From Candidatus Harpocratesius repetitus (GTDB lineage Archaea > Asgardarchaeota > Lokiarchaeia > Sigyniarchaeales > Promethearchaeaceae): DNA of 32,000 nt. Positions within the stretch are counted from its first letter, which is position 1; each line of letters opens with the position of its first letter. Positions 1-10,426 of this stretch are shown here, one piece after another. The notes below the pieces were generated by a model, which worked only from the letters and a program-made list of their open reading frames with translations, searched no databases and was not told the origin of the DNA. Both the position numbers and the translations under genes were made by a program. The stretch lies in contig JAIZWK010000001.1 in NCBI GenBank assembly GCA_021498095.1, positions 3,390,001 through 3,422,000 of the forward strand. Reading direction: 5' to 3'.

Positions 1-460
1 TGAAAATACAAAATCCTCGCGCATTAGCATAGTCAGAGTGATGACCAGGAGGCCGACATAGATTAAAAGCGCGTTCAACTTTTTTTCCCATGATTGCATC
101 AATTGCTGTAAACATTCCTCCAGCAGCATAAAGTGCAGCTACATAACTTTGGGGAGATGCAACTGTTTCACCATATCGTTTACTAAAAGAGTCAAGATAG
201 ATTTGATATGGGACAGTTTTTGCTTCTTCACAGCGAATTTTAGCTGTTTGAATTAAATCTGGAGAATGGCACCATTTTATTTCTTCAACTGTAGCTTTTC
301 TTGGGTTCAAGGGAATAATCCATGGATATCTACCATCTCCATAAAAATTAAGTGAAGTTAATGTATCGATCGTTCCTCTTAATCGTTCGGAATTTTCTGG
401 ATGAGCCCCTGTTTCATGTTGAAGAAAAATCTCATTATAAACAATCCCAACTTTTTTCAC
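1..460 (-). CDS. Histone deacetylase family (Zn-dependent HDAC/AcuC/APAH-like) protein, N-terminal part; runs off the left edge
   Basis: Manual translation from GTG at 460, preceded by SD-like GGTGAG: MKKVGIVYNEIFLQHETGAHPENSERL...RAFNLCRPPGHHSDYANARGFCIF. HPE-x2-RL, RPPGHH and GFCIF are hallmark HDAC-family motifs. Not in the supplied ORF track. Confidence 0.93.
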   Translation of the reverse strand, partial: MKKVGIVYNEIFLQHETGAHPENSERLRGTIDTLTSLNFYGDGRYPWIIPLNPRKATVEEIKWCHSPDLIQTAKIRCEEAKTVPYQIYLDSFSKRYGETVASPQSYVAALYAAGGMFTAIDAIMGKKVERAFNLCRPPGHHSDYANARGFCIF

Positions 461-618
461 TTACTCACCAATTATATTTGAACGAATAATTATAATTAAA
501 TTGATCTTGATTTCGCTTGGATTATTAATGAATAAAATTTTTTATAACTCATATTTTAAAGGATCAAAACCCAAATAAGGATCAAATACAAACTAAAAAT
601 AGAAAAAAAAATTATCGA

Positions 619-1197
619 GTGGAAAGTTCGACTATGACTACCCAAATATATAAACTCAAAATCATCATAATCGGCGAATATGCAGCAGGAAAAACCTCCT
701 TAATAAAAAATTTTGTTGAGGGGGCATATACGAAAGATTATCGTCCCACAATCGGTTCGAACTTATTTATTAAAAAACTCGCATTTAAAGATAAAATAGA
801 TAATGAATATTTTTTCACTATTACAGTGTGGGATATTGCAGGACAAGAAAAGTGGACAAGTTTGCGGCAAACTTATTATCGTGGAGCACAAGGTGTTTTT
901 GTAGTAGGAGATTTAACCCGGAAAAACTCATTTGAGCAAATTGAAAATTTTTGGATCAAAGATTTTAAAGAATTTGGTGGTACTTGTGCAAAAAGTGCTC
1001 CAATTATATTATTAGCAAATAAAAATGACCTTACTCCTGAAATAAAAGAAGAACAGATTCGGGGCATCGCTGAACGCAACGGTGTATTTAAAGTAATATA
1101 TACATCAGCAAAAACTGGTTACCATGTAAATGAAGCCTTTATTGCAATGATTAGAAGTTGTTCTGGTCTTGAGGATATCACACCTATCTCCATTTAA
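619..1197 (+). CDS. Rab-like small GTPase (Ras superfamily); real start may be ATG at 634
   Basis: G1 GEYAAGKTS, G2 RPTIG, G3 WDIAGQE, RabF-like YYRGA, G4 NKND, G5 TSAK. No C-terminal CaaX/CC prenylation motif. Confidence 0.93.
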   Translation: MESSTMTTQIYKLKIIIIGEYAAGKTSLIKNFVEGAYTKDYRPTIGSNLFIKKLAFKDKIDNEYFFTITVWDIAGQEKWTSLRQTYYRGAQGVFVVGDLTRKNSFEQIENFWIKDFKEFGGTCAKSAPIILLANKNDLTPEIKEEQIRGIAERNGVFKVIYTSAKTGYHVNEAFIAMIRSCSGLEDITPISI

Positions 1198-1290
1198 TTG
1201 AATTTCAATTTAATAAAGTTGATTTTGGGTTATTTTCTCCATTACAGAATCGATACTTTTTTAAATTGTCATACTGATATCAATAATACA

Positions 1291-2544
1291 ATGTCACTCT
1301 CACTTTTGGATACAAGTAATTATTATATAGAGAAAGCTCGAATTCCGCTTTCATTGGTTGGAGGAATTGCAGCTTTTATTAAAATTTTGTTCAACTTTTA
1401 TTATCTGGCATATTTTATTGTTACCTATGAGTTAAGCCTTAATTTCTATGATTATATGCCAATTATTAATTTGCGTCCATTTACCAAAATCTTGATTTTC
1501 TTAATATATTTACCTTTAATTTTGAATACATCAGCGGTTCGAAGTAAATCTAAGCGTATAGCAGCATTAATCTTATGGTTTTTGATTTTTGTATTAGCAT
1601 TTATCATTTATTCTATCTCTTTAGATTTTATACCAGTTATTATTATTCAATCATTTAGATATATTTTTGAAATTGCATTTTTTATTATTACTTTTAAAGC
1701 CCGTCCTGTTTTGAACTTTATCTTACTTTTAATTAGAGGACTCAACATAATCTTATTAGTTTTTCGTATTTTAGTGATGTATTCAGATATTAGCACATTG
1801 ATTCCTTTTTCGATAACATATATATATTCAGCAGAATCTTTTATTGTATTTTTTTGGTGGTCTCTATATTTATTTAGTAATACTGGACGCTCAAATGTAG
1901 TTAAATCAAATATGCAGGAATGGACTCAAAATCAAAACTTATCAACAGCAACAACTACAATGTCAACTACAACAGGTTCGGTTCATTCAGATTCAATAGC
2001 ACAAAACACTAATTCAACTGTAATGACAAAAAATCTTGGAAATAATGCTGGTCTTGATAGTGGTGGAACATTTGGTATTCCTCGAGCATTGTTTTATTGT
2101 ACTACATGCAAAAGTCAAAAAAAAATACGATTACAAAAAAATGACATATATCAAGAGAATAAATGTCCAAGTTGTGGAAATATTTTATTAGCTTGGTGGG
2201 CACAATCACCGAAATCTAAATATCTAAAATTTATAATTGGAGTGATGTTCATGGGTGGAGGTTTGTTTTCAATTATGATTGAAGGTATTCTGAATGAAGG
2301 ATTAATACCAGTAATTATAATGAACACTCTAGGAATAATTTATTTGATTATTAGTCTAATTTTGATGTATACAGCAAGTAAATTAGATATTCAAGGACCC
2401 CATCCCACTGCGGCAAAAGTCCTTCCACATGGTGTTTTCGAGCGTTTTGGTTCTGAATTAATTAAAATTACAGTAATTGCAACTATAGGAGGATTATTTC
2501 TATTTGGATTTAACCGCATAATTGTATTTATTGCAGTGTTATAA
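1291..2544 (+). CDS. Multi-pass membrane protein with S/T/N-rich linker and internal Zn-ribbon; ORF open from 1198, ATG at 1291 preferred
   Basis: About 6 hydrophobic segments, then QNQNLSTATTTMSTTTG linker, CTTC...CPSCG Zn-ribbon, then about 3 further TM segments. Confidence 0.7.
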   Translation: MSLSLLDTSNYYIEKARIPLSLVGGIAAFIKILFNFYYLAYFIVTYELSLNFYDYMPIINLRPFTKILIFLIYLPLILNTSAVRSKSKRIAALILWFLIFVLAFIIYSISLDFIPVIIIQSFRYIFEIAFFIITFKARPVLNFILLLIRGLNIILLVFRILVMYSDISTLIPFSITYIYSAESFIVFFWWSLYLFSNTGRSNVVKSNMQEWTQNQNLSTATTTMSTTTGSVHSDSIAQNTNSTVMTKNLGNNAGLDSGGTFGIPRALFYCTTCKSQKKIRLQKNDIYQENKCPSCGNILLAWWAQSPKSKYLKFIIGVMFMGGGLFSIMIEGILNEGLIPVIIMNTLGIIYLIISLILMYTASKLDIQGPHPTAAKVLPHGVFERFGSELIKITVIATIGGLFLFGFNRIIVFIAVL

Positions 2545-2586
2545 ATTTAAAATCTTAAATCTTACTAAATAAAAATAGGAAAAATA

Positions 2587-5385
2587 CTATTTAAAAAATG
2601 AATCTAAATTTGATGGTCTTTCTTTTTTTCTTATTCTAAATTTTGGTAAAGGTTTTGATTCTTTTTCTTTATGTAATTGAGTATATATGCTTATCGCCAA
2701 TGAATGCCCAATTAAAGGAATTTTTTCTAAATCTTCAATTGTAGCGTCTTTCAATTCATTAATATTGTGATATCCTGCATGAAAAATTTTTCGCGCACGA
2801 ACTCGTCCAACACCTTGAATACTTACAAATGGTAAAACACTAGAACGAATACCATATTTAACTCGTTGACTTAAATTCTGCAATTCAGATTCTAAATTAA
2901 GAATTAGAGGCTCTTCTTCACGATCTAAATGCACAATTCTTAAAAATCCCCTTAATAACCATAATGTTAATTCTACAAGCCGGTGAACATCTCCGATACC
3001 TAAATTATAACGCTCGCTGATTTCTTTTATCGAAATTTCGTTAATCCAATCTAAGAGTACCATTGTCATTTTGATTTGTTTTGCAAAATCTTGGAATAAA
3101 AGATCTCCAGGTTCCCAAACTTGCTCCATAATAAAATTATCTTCATGATTTTGAATAAAAAACAGAATCAAATTATATTCATTTTTACGTAAATAATATT
3201 TTGGAAAAGCATCTAATTTTGTTAATAAATGAATCCAACTCACAGGTTGTAGAATGATTTCTTGATTCTGATAAAGTACCTTGGCATAATACAGATCTTC
3301 ACGTAAAGTTATCGCATCTTTGGGTGATAAATAACTTTGACTCACAATTTTTCCAAAATTTGTTGGTATTAAACGCTTATTAGATTGAGATTCATCGATT
3401 TCAACAGATAATAAACTTAAGAGATCTTTTTCGAGAAAATATTCGAGTATATTTGATATGTCTGCCCTTAAGCGAGAATCTGAAAGATAATTTGATTGCT
3501 TAAGCATCTCTGACTTAAATGGAATTAGGTGCGAATCAATATCAACATCAACATCAAGATCCATATTACTAAATTGAGAATTTTGAGAATCGATATTATT
3601 GTTTAAATTTGAAGATAATACAGATAATGAATTTGGTAGATTTGCTGAAATTTCTTTTTTTTCTAAGTTAAAATTTGTAGGTTGAGTTGATCGAGTAGAT
3701 TTGGCAAGTTGGGTAGAGCGTGAGGTATTATTAAACATTTCATCAGCTGTAATAAAATCATTTGAATAAAATTCTGATGAATTAAAAATGTGTAGTGGAT
3801 CTTCCCCTCTACCACCAGAACGATGCTTTTTAGGACGACTCATTACTTTTCTTGAAGTTGCAGGAAAATTACTTTTAGATTTTAACTTTAATTCAGAATT
3901 TGATTGAATTATTGAAGTTTTAGATATGAATTGTTGATAATAATAAAAAGTCTGCTCTATAAATTGGAATAATTGCGTTTGATTCGATACTATTCCGGAA
4001 GTAAAAAGGCTCAATATATGAGATGCTAACTGTGTCTCATCTGATAATTTGCTTATAATTTGCTCTGGTGTTCCATTAATATAGGACTCCGCATCTTTCA
4101 ATAACTTTTCTGGAGAACTTCCTAAAATAACAACTTCTCCGTAAGGATCATATCGAGGGCGCCCAGCTCGTCCTGCCATTTGTTTGTATTCAAGAATGGG
4201 AATTAATACACTACCTTTATCGCCCTCATATCGATATAAACTTTTAATGATTACTCGACGTGCTGGAGTATTAACACCTGCAGCTAAGGTTGGGGTGCAA
4301 CAAATGACTTTGATAATATGAGAATTGAAATTTTTAACAATAAAATCTAATTGATCAGAAGCCATACCAGCATGATGAAAAGCAACCCCTCCTTTTAGAC
4401 ATTGATATAATTTTTTACTGAATTGGCTTTCATCCATGTATTTCTCCTTAAATTCACTCTGAATTTTTAAAAACTGATTCCTTTCTTTATTTGAATATAA
4501 AATACGTATCTTTGGAGAAAGTTCTTCAGCTTCTTGTATTGCACGTTTGCGTGAATTAGTAAAAATTAACACTTGACCACCTTCTTTTAACATATCAATG
4601 GTCAATGAAGCAGAAGATGAATGCCCTGGAATAGAAATTACTCGACGGGATGTACCATCTTTAAATTTAATTTCATCTCCATAATAATATCCTTCCTTCA
4701 AGCGAACAGGACGCCACGTACTTTCAATAAGATCTGCATGTAACCATTCCGCTAATTGCCTTGCATTTTGAATTGTTGCAGAAAGACCAATGATTTGTAT
4801 CGATGATGGATGAGAAAGTAATCGTGTAATTAAAAATTCTAAAGTAACCCCCCGATGAGAGTCATGCAATAGGTGAATTTCATCAATGATAACCATATTA
4901 ATATCATTTAACAGCTTCGGATTCATCCGGAATATGGAATCCGCTTTTTCATTTGTAAGAAATATTATATGATTTTGAAAGATTCGAAAATCTGGTTGAT
5001 CCACATCACTACGAGATATACCTACATGAAAACCAATCCTTTTCCAGTTTTCAGAAAACTCATGGTATTTCTCTGCAGCAAGGGCTTTTAATGGGCACAA
5101 ATATAGAATTTTTCCCCATTTCCCCATTTGCTTTGGAAATTTTTCTCGATTAATTATTAAGTGATTTAGTGCAATAATTTCAGCAATTAACGTTTTTCCT
5201 GAAGCAGTGGGAATACTTATGAGTAAATTGTGTCCATTTAATCCTGGTTTCAAAGCGGTTAATTGAGGAGGATATAAATTTGGAATACCACGCTTATGTA
5301 ATTCTTCTTCCAAAATTCTTGGTAATGATAAGGACTTCCAGTTTGGAATAGAAGGATTATTTGAGTAATTACCAAAATCGGTCAA
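2587..5385 (-). CDS. hel308: Hel308/Hjm Ski2-like SF2 DNA helicase with about 150-aa low-complexity insertion
   Basis: Motif I IPTASGKT, II IIDEIH, III GLSAT, GVAFHHAG, TPTLAAGVNTPA, VI QMAGRAGRP; C-terminal HhH (IQGVGRVRARKIFHAG). TTG start with GGAG SD, 15 bp after the MCM stop. Confidence 0.93.
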   Translation of the reverse strand: MTDFGNYSNNPSIPNWKSLSLPRILEEELHKRGIPNLYPPQLTALKPGLNGHNLLISIPTASGKTLIAEIIALNHLIINREKFPKQMGKWGKILYLCPLKALAAEKYHEFSENWKRIGFHVGISRSDVDQPDFRIFQNHIIFLTNEKADSIFRMNPKLLNDINMVIIDEIHLLHDSHRGVTLEFLITRLLSHPSSIQIIGLSATIQNARQLAEWLHADLIESTWRPVRLKEGYYYGDEIKFKDGTSRRVISIPGHSSSASLTIDMLKEGGQVLIFTNSRKRAIQEAEELSPKIRILYSNKERNQFLKIQSEFKEKYMDESQFSKKLYQCLKGGVAFHHAGMASDQLDFIVKNFNSHIIKVICCTPTLAAGVNTPARRVIIKSLYRYEGDKGSVLIPILEYKQMAGRAGRPRYDPYGEVVILGSSPEKLLKDAESYINGTPEQIISKLSDETQLASHILSLFTSGIVSNQTQLFQFIEQTFYYYQQFISKTSIIQSNSELKLKSKSNFPATSRKVMSRPKKHRSGGRGEDPLHIFNSSEFYSNDFITADEMFNNTSRSTQLAKSTRSTQPTNFNLEKKEISANLPNSLSVLSSNLNNNIDSQNSQFSNMDLDVDVDIDSHLIPFKSEMLKQSNYLSDSRLRADISNILEYFLEKDLLSLLSVEIDESQSNKRLIPTNFGKIVSQSYLSPKDAITLREDLYYAKVLYQNQEIILQPVSWIHLLTKLDAFPKYYLRKNEYNLILFFIQNHEDNFIMEQVWEPGDLLFQDFAKQIKMTMVLLDWINEISIKEISERYNLGIGDVHRLVELTLWLLRGFLRIVHLDREEEPLILNLESELQNLSQRVKYGIRSSVLPFVSIQGVGRVRARKIFHAGYHNINELKDATIEDLEKIPLIGHSLAISIYTQLHKEKESKPLPKFRIRKKERPSNLDSFFK

Positions 5386-5400
5386 ATTTATCTATACTCC

Positions 5401-8400
5401 CTACTTTTCAGGTTTGGGTTTCTTGGGTGGTGTTGTCATTCGCCAAGTATCTGGATGAGGATGATATAATTCTGAATCCTTTACCCATTGCTCTAGTGCT
5501 GCGCGCACAAATTCTTCTGTAATTCCTTTTTCATTTGCAATTGGTTCAAAAATATCTTCAAAAGTTAATTCAGCTTTGGGATTGGCGAGCTGTAATTCTT
5601 TAATTTTGTTTAAAATTAAATTTAATCGCTGGCGTTTACTGCTTGAAGTTCCTGTATACATCACATCCACATCATATTGATCAGTTTCTTCATCATAACC
5701 AATATCACGAAGAGATCTTTTGAGTAGCTCTATTGCAGCCTCTGCATCTTCTTTTTTTACAAAATCTCGTAACGCCATTTTAGCGTAAGCTTCGCTCATT
5801 CGAACCATTCCATCTAACGTTCGCGCAACTATAGGTACAGCTGTTGAGCCTTCCGGAGTAGAACTTCGCATTTTAATATAAAATTCACGGATTAATTCCG
5901 CTGCTTCACGCGTAAGTTTTGGATGAGAATTCACTTTAGCATACTGAACATATTTTTTTAGTAATTCCATTGGAATGAAATCTTCATTTCGGGGTAATTT
6001 TTTATCATCGACATCTTGTTCTGCATAAAAAGTCTCATCAAAACCCATCATATGATTTTTAAGAATGTAATCTGCAATTCGATCATCCATTCCTTTTTCT
6101 GGAATATCTCGAACAATAAAGATCAAATCAAAACGAGAGAGAATTGGAGGACTAAGATTAATATTGTTTGCAGCTGTTTCATATTCATTCCATCTACCAT
6201 GCTTAGGATTAGCGGCAGCTATAATAGCTGTTTTAGATTGGAGGGTTGCAACAATACCTGCTTTGGCGATTGAAATAGTATTATGAAGAACAAGTCCATG
6301 GCTAATGAAATTCTCTGTAGGTTCAATAGTTACATCATAAACCCAATCAGAATATATAGAATCACTATTTGTAATTTTTTTTATTGATTTGATTTTTATC
6401 CAGTGAAATAGTTGTAGGTTTTGTGGTATTTTATCATCTGCTTGAAAATTCTCTTTAGATCTTTCGATAATATCTAATAATTCATCAGAAACTAGTTCTG
6501 ATCCAATGACAATTGATGAAAAGCGCTCTAAAGAATCTCTCATAATAAGAATTTCATAATACTTCTTTGATTTTTTTGAAATTTCAAGATCTTTATCATT
6601 ATTTTCATTATTTTCTTTTTTTTCTTGTATACATGAATGTATGCCTAGTGTAAGAAGTAGATCTTGATAGTCTTCAGCCAATTTTTGCGAAGAAGTATAT
6701 ATTATAACAGTTTCACTTTTAATTTTTCCAATTCCTTTAAAAACTGCATTTAAAAAGGAAATTCTAATATGATCAGGAGAATTAAAAACGGATGGAGAAA
6801 TTCGTTTATGAACTCCACTCTTCAAGATTTCTAAAAAATTGAATTGTAGAAATTGAATTATAGATTTTGAGACAATCCTATATGTTTTTTCTTTTCTAAT
6901 AATAATTTCATTTTTATTTTTAAAGATTTTTTTAATCAATTCTTGCATTTCAGAGATTTTTGTTTGATTTCTATTGAAAAGAATGATTTCGTTCGATCCT
7001 TCTTGAAGTGTAGCATTTTCGGAAAGAAGGTTTCCCAAGAAAAAGGCAAGATCTTGCGATAAATGTGAAGGAATATCAATAGAATTATCTTCTATATCAA
7101 TTTGCGTTAATAACGGAAGCAATTTATTATTATTTATTCGATTAATGTTAATACTTGGAACATCCATTCCTGGTAGAATATTTTCAGCAGAACGGGTGCA
7201 AATTTTATTGTTTTCTAAAATAAAAACAGGATGTTCTGGAGTAACTAAGATTTTTCGGCCATTAGAATAAGTTATTTCAATAAAAGAATCTGGTGCTTTA
7301 TGTCGACTAACCCGATCGATAGGAATCGTTAATATCTCATTAAAATTGGTGGATATTACTTCATAGTTTAGATCTCTAATAGGAAGAATTTCACAATCAA
7401 CACCATCTATTATTTTTTGGGGAGATTTAGCAAATAGATTATCCACAAATTTCCCAATCGGAATGCGGGAATTATCGCTTAAGGTAAACTCAAAACTAGG
7501 ATGATATGATTGCTGTTCCATCGCTTCATGTATAGCCGATCTATCTTGCTTTCTCATTTTATCGAATTCATCAATACATGCGACTCCACCAGAGGCTAAT
7601 ACCAAAGCTCCAGCTTCTAACTGCAATCCGGCATTATCGCTCTCCTTGATTACTGCAGCAGTTAATCCAGCTGCGGAGGCACCTTTACCTGAAGTATAAA
7701 CTGACCGAGGGGAAATTTGAGCACAATTCTGCAAAATTTGAGATTTTCCTGTTCCAGGATCACCCATAAAAAGGACATGAATATCTCCCCGTAATTTACT
7801 CCCATCTTTTTTGACCTTCCTATTTCCTCCAAAAAGACTAAGAGCAGCAGCCATTTTCAGATGTTCATGTCCTAAAATTGCCCGAGCGATCGAATTTGCG
7901 ATTTTTTTCTGAATTTCAGGCTCTTGGGATAAAGCATGAATTTCATCAATATCTTCTTGACTCAGATCCAATTCTTCATCTTCTTGGCGTATTCCTTCTA
8001 CATTATTCACAAATAATTGTGATTGAAACAAAGTTGAAAGTCGACCTCGTCGATCTTCGCGTGGTACGGATTTTAAAATCCCCATCATCTTAACGCGTTC
8101 GCCAGGACGAACTGAATCTACTAAATCATTAAGAAGTATGGTTTGTAGAGTTTGAGGAATATCTCCAGAACGTAAATCTTCAGGGGCTTCTTGAATGGTG
8201 ACGTACTGGTGATCAATAAACTCCGATTGAGCTGTAATTACTTTAAAATCCTTCTTATTATTACAAGTTGGATTCATACATTCTCTGGGTGGAGTCAATT
8301 TAGTCGTTAATTGATCGATTAACATTTGATTTCCACAAATGGGACATTCGAACATCGCCTGAATCACTTGAGGTCGAACAATTGACGTGCGAATTACAAT

Positions 8401-8787
8401 TCCTTTTACATAAATTAAAGTATCAACATGTTCTGAACGAATACTTCGAAGAGAAACTTCATTAGAATTATTTTGAGTAGAAATTCGAATAAAATAAGGT
8501 TCATCTGGATTGAAAAAGCCACCAGCATCAATACGAATTATATTTTTAAGGGCTTCTGAAGCTTCTTCTAATGCCTCTTCAGGATGATTTTTAAGATAAT
8601 GGGCCAATTGAGGGTTAAAAGTAAGAATATCTTCGAAAAGAACAGTAATATAATTTTCTGACTTAGCATAGGCATCACTTATGATCTGGCGATATTTGAA
8701 TTCGTTAGGAATCTCTTCAAAATTACGAAAGAAATCTTCAAATTCACCAGAAGGATTTGTTGGTGGTGAGTCAGTTTCTATGACCAT
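5401..8787 (-). CDS. mcm: Replicative MCM helicase, interrupted by one intein
   Basis: Zn finger CPICG...CMNPTC, Walker A GDPGTGKS, GLTAAV, Walker B CIDEFDKM, arginine finger PPILSRFDL, C-terminal winged helix. Confidence 0.96.
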   Translation of the reverse strand: MVIETDSPPTNPSGEFEDFFRNFEEIPNEFKYRQIISDAYAKSENYITVLFEDILTFNPQLAHYLKNHPEEALEEASEALKNIIRIDAGGFFNPDEPYFIRISTQNNSNEVSLRSIRSEHVDTLIYVKGIVIRTSIVRPQVIQAMFECPICGNQMLIDQLTTKLTPPRECMNPTCNNKKDFKVITAQSEFIDHQYVTIQEAPEDLRSGDIPQTLQTILLNDLVDSVRPGERVKMMGILKSVPREDRRGRLSTLFQSQLFVNNVEGIRQEDEELDLSQEDIDEIHALSQEPEIQKKIANSIARAILGHEHLKMAAALSLFGGNRKVKKDGSKLRGDIHVLFMGDPGTGKSQILQNCAQISPRSVYTSGKGASAAGLTAAVIKESDNAGLQLEAGALVLASGGVACIDEFDKMRKQDRSAIHEAMEQQSYHPSFEFTLSDNSRIPIGKFVDNLFAKSPQKIIDGVDCEILPIRDLNYEVISTNFNEILTIPIDRVSRHKAPDSFIEITYSNGRKILVTPEHPVFILENNKICTRSAENILPGMDVPSININRINNNKLLPLLTQIDIEDNSIDIPSHLSQDLAFFLGNLLSENATLQEGSNEIILFNRNQTKISEMQELIKKIFKNKNEIIIRKEKTYRIVSKSIIQFLQFNFLEILKSGVHKRISPSVFNSPDHIRISFLNAVFKGIGKIKSETVIIYTSSQKLAEDYQDLLLTLGIHSCIQEKKENNENNDKDLEISKKSKKYYEILIMRDSLERFSSIVIGSELVSDELLDIIERSKENFQADDKIPQNLQLFHWIKIKSIKKITNSDSIYSDWVYDVTIEPTENFISHGLVLHNTISIAKAGIVATLQSKTAIIAAANPKHGRWNEYETAANNINLSPPILSRFDLIFIVRDIPEKGMDDRIADYILKNHMMGFDETFYAEQDVDDKKLPRNEDFIPMELLKKYVQYAKVNSHPKLTREAAELIREFYIKMRSSTPEGSTAVPIVARTLDGMVRMSEAYAKMALRDFVKKEDAEAAIELLKRSLRDIGYDEETDQYDVDVMYTGTSSSKRQRLNLILNKIKELQLANPKAELTFEDIFEPIANEKGITEEFVRAALEQWVKDSELYHPHPDTWRMTTPPKKPKPEK
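6280..7509 (-). mobile_element. 410-aa intein in MCM with degenerate LAGLIDADG homing endonuclease domain
   Basis: Insertion between HEAMEQQ and TISIAKAG. Begins SYHPSFEF (Ser1), block B ILVTPEHP, ends VYDVTIEPTENFISHGLVLHN followed by +1 Thr. Endonuclease motifs FLGNLLSEN and FLNAVFKGIG. Confidence 0.95.
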
Positions 8788-9136
8788 TTATTAGCCCCTT
8801 GATAATATTTCTTTATGTATGTGAATGATCTACAATTTTTGTCGATTAAAAATAAAATTTCTTATTAATACATAGTGTTACAGTTGATAGTTGAGTACAT
8901 TGGAGAAAATTCCTTTTTAAAATCCCTATCGGTGCAGAATTAATACAATATTTTGAATTTTTTGAACCAAAGTATTTTTCAACCACATCGTATGAATTTA
9001 CTTACGCATCGTTAACAAAAAAAACGTTTTGATGCGACTCGGTCATGTCTTGATATAACATCAAATCCTTATATATCAATTTAATAGAGTTTCAATAGTA
9101 AAAAAAATGACCGCACCATGAAAATCGAGGCCTTAA

Positions 9137-10264
9137 ATGATGGCAGAAAAAGAAGAACAAACTAACTCTGAATTTCCTTCGGAAGCTGAAGAATCAATCC
9201 AACCTAATCCAGTATCCGAATCAAATGAAATTAAACCATCTAATACGGTTGATAATTCATCTACCGCAAATGATGCACCCACTAGTAAAATAGAATCAAC
9301 CACTAAACCAGAAATTACTCCATTGGAAAAAGCTCTGAAAAGACTAACTGGGAAAAGTTTTAGAGAAAGAAATGAAGCAATTAAGCAACTTGGAAGAATA
9401 AAAGACCCAAAAGCAAAAGATAAACTTATCGAAATTGTTAAAAATGAACGGTGGAACGATCGATTACGAGTGGCAGCATTAGATGCATTAAGTAGAGGAA
9501 AACGTGATATTAATTTCCGCCGATTTTTACAAGATTTAGCCTCGAATATGAAAAATCCTCAAGAAATTCGAAGAAGTGCTTTTACACATTTATCTCGATT
9601 TAGAGATTCAAAACTAATTCCAACATTCTCTGCAGCATTGAAAGAGAAATATCGATTTATTCGATTCTGGGCAGTTCGTGGACTTATTAAAATTGATGAT
9701 CCAAAAGCAACTAGTGCATTAATTCAAGCTTTAGGAGATGAAGATGAAGAAATCCGCAAAGAAGTAATGGCACATTTAGAATCAGGCAATCAAGTTTCAT
9801 TTCCTGCTTTAGTAAAAGCGTTTGAAAACCCTGAATCAAGTAAATTTCTACGATATGGCGCTTTGGGAATTATTGGACGGACTAACCATAATGAACGAAT
9901 TCAAATCTTAATTAAAGCTTTAAAGGATGAAGATCCTCGCATAGTAACAATCGCTCTTCGTGGATTAGGTAAAGCAAAGAATATAAAAGCGATATCTCCA
10001 TTAATTGAGTTATATACGGTTAATAATCGTAAGAGACGCTTGATTGAAGATGCATTATATAGAATTGGTCAAGAACATCAGCAAGAGACCATTAAACTTT
10101 TAGTTCCGCTTCTTGCTCAAGATAATGAAGATTTAGTCAAATTAGCAAAGAATCTTTTAGTTAAATATAATAACTCATATATGATACTTGGAGATTTGAA
10201 AGAATCTGATAAGATTGAACCATCTTTAAAAGAGAAAATTGCAGAATTAATGGAAAATATGTAA
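9137..10264 (+). CDS. HEAT-repeat (PBS lyase HEAT-like) protein with disordered acidic N-terminus
   Basis: Repeated units such as ALKEKYRFIRFWAVRGL, ALGDEDEEIRKEV and ALKDEDPRIVTIALRGLG. Confidence 0.85.
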   Translation: MMAEKEEQTNSEFPSEAEESIQPNPVSESNEIKPSNTVDNSSTANDAPTSKIESTTKPEITPLEKALKRLTGKSFRERNEAIKQLGRIKDPKAKDKLIEIVKNERWNDRLRVAALDALSRGKRDINFRRFLQDLASNMKNPQEIRRSAFTHLSRFRDSKLIPTFSAALKEKYRFIRFWAVRGLIKIDDPKATSALIQALGDEDEEIRKEVMAHLESGNQVSFPALVKAFENPESSKFLRYGALGIIGRTNHNERIQILIKALKDEDPRIVTIALRGLGKAKNIKAISPLIELYTVNNRKRRLIEDALYRIGQEHQQETIKLLVPLLAQDNEDLVKLAKNLLVKYNNSYMILGDLKESDKIEPSLKEKIAELMENM

Positions 10265-10426
10265 TTTCATTATATTTTTATCAAATTTATTTTTATATCA
10301 TTTTGATTTTTAAAAGATTCTTCTTTTTTTTTCAAAATATATATCAAAATAGTCAACCATTTCTGATTTTCTTTTTAAATCAAAAAATTAAATAATTTTG
10401 AATTACTTCTAGATCATGATTTATTC

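Noticed and set aside
8995-9045. CGCATC...GATGCG inverted repeat upstream of mcm as a replication origin or operator
   Set aside because: A single short palindrome with no ORB-like repeats and no cdc6/orc1 nearby; insufficient evidence.
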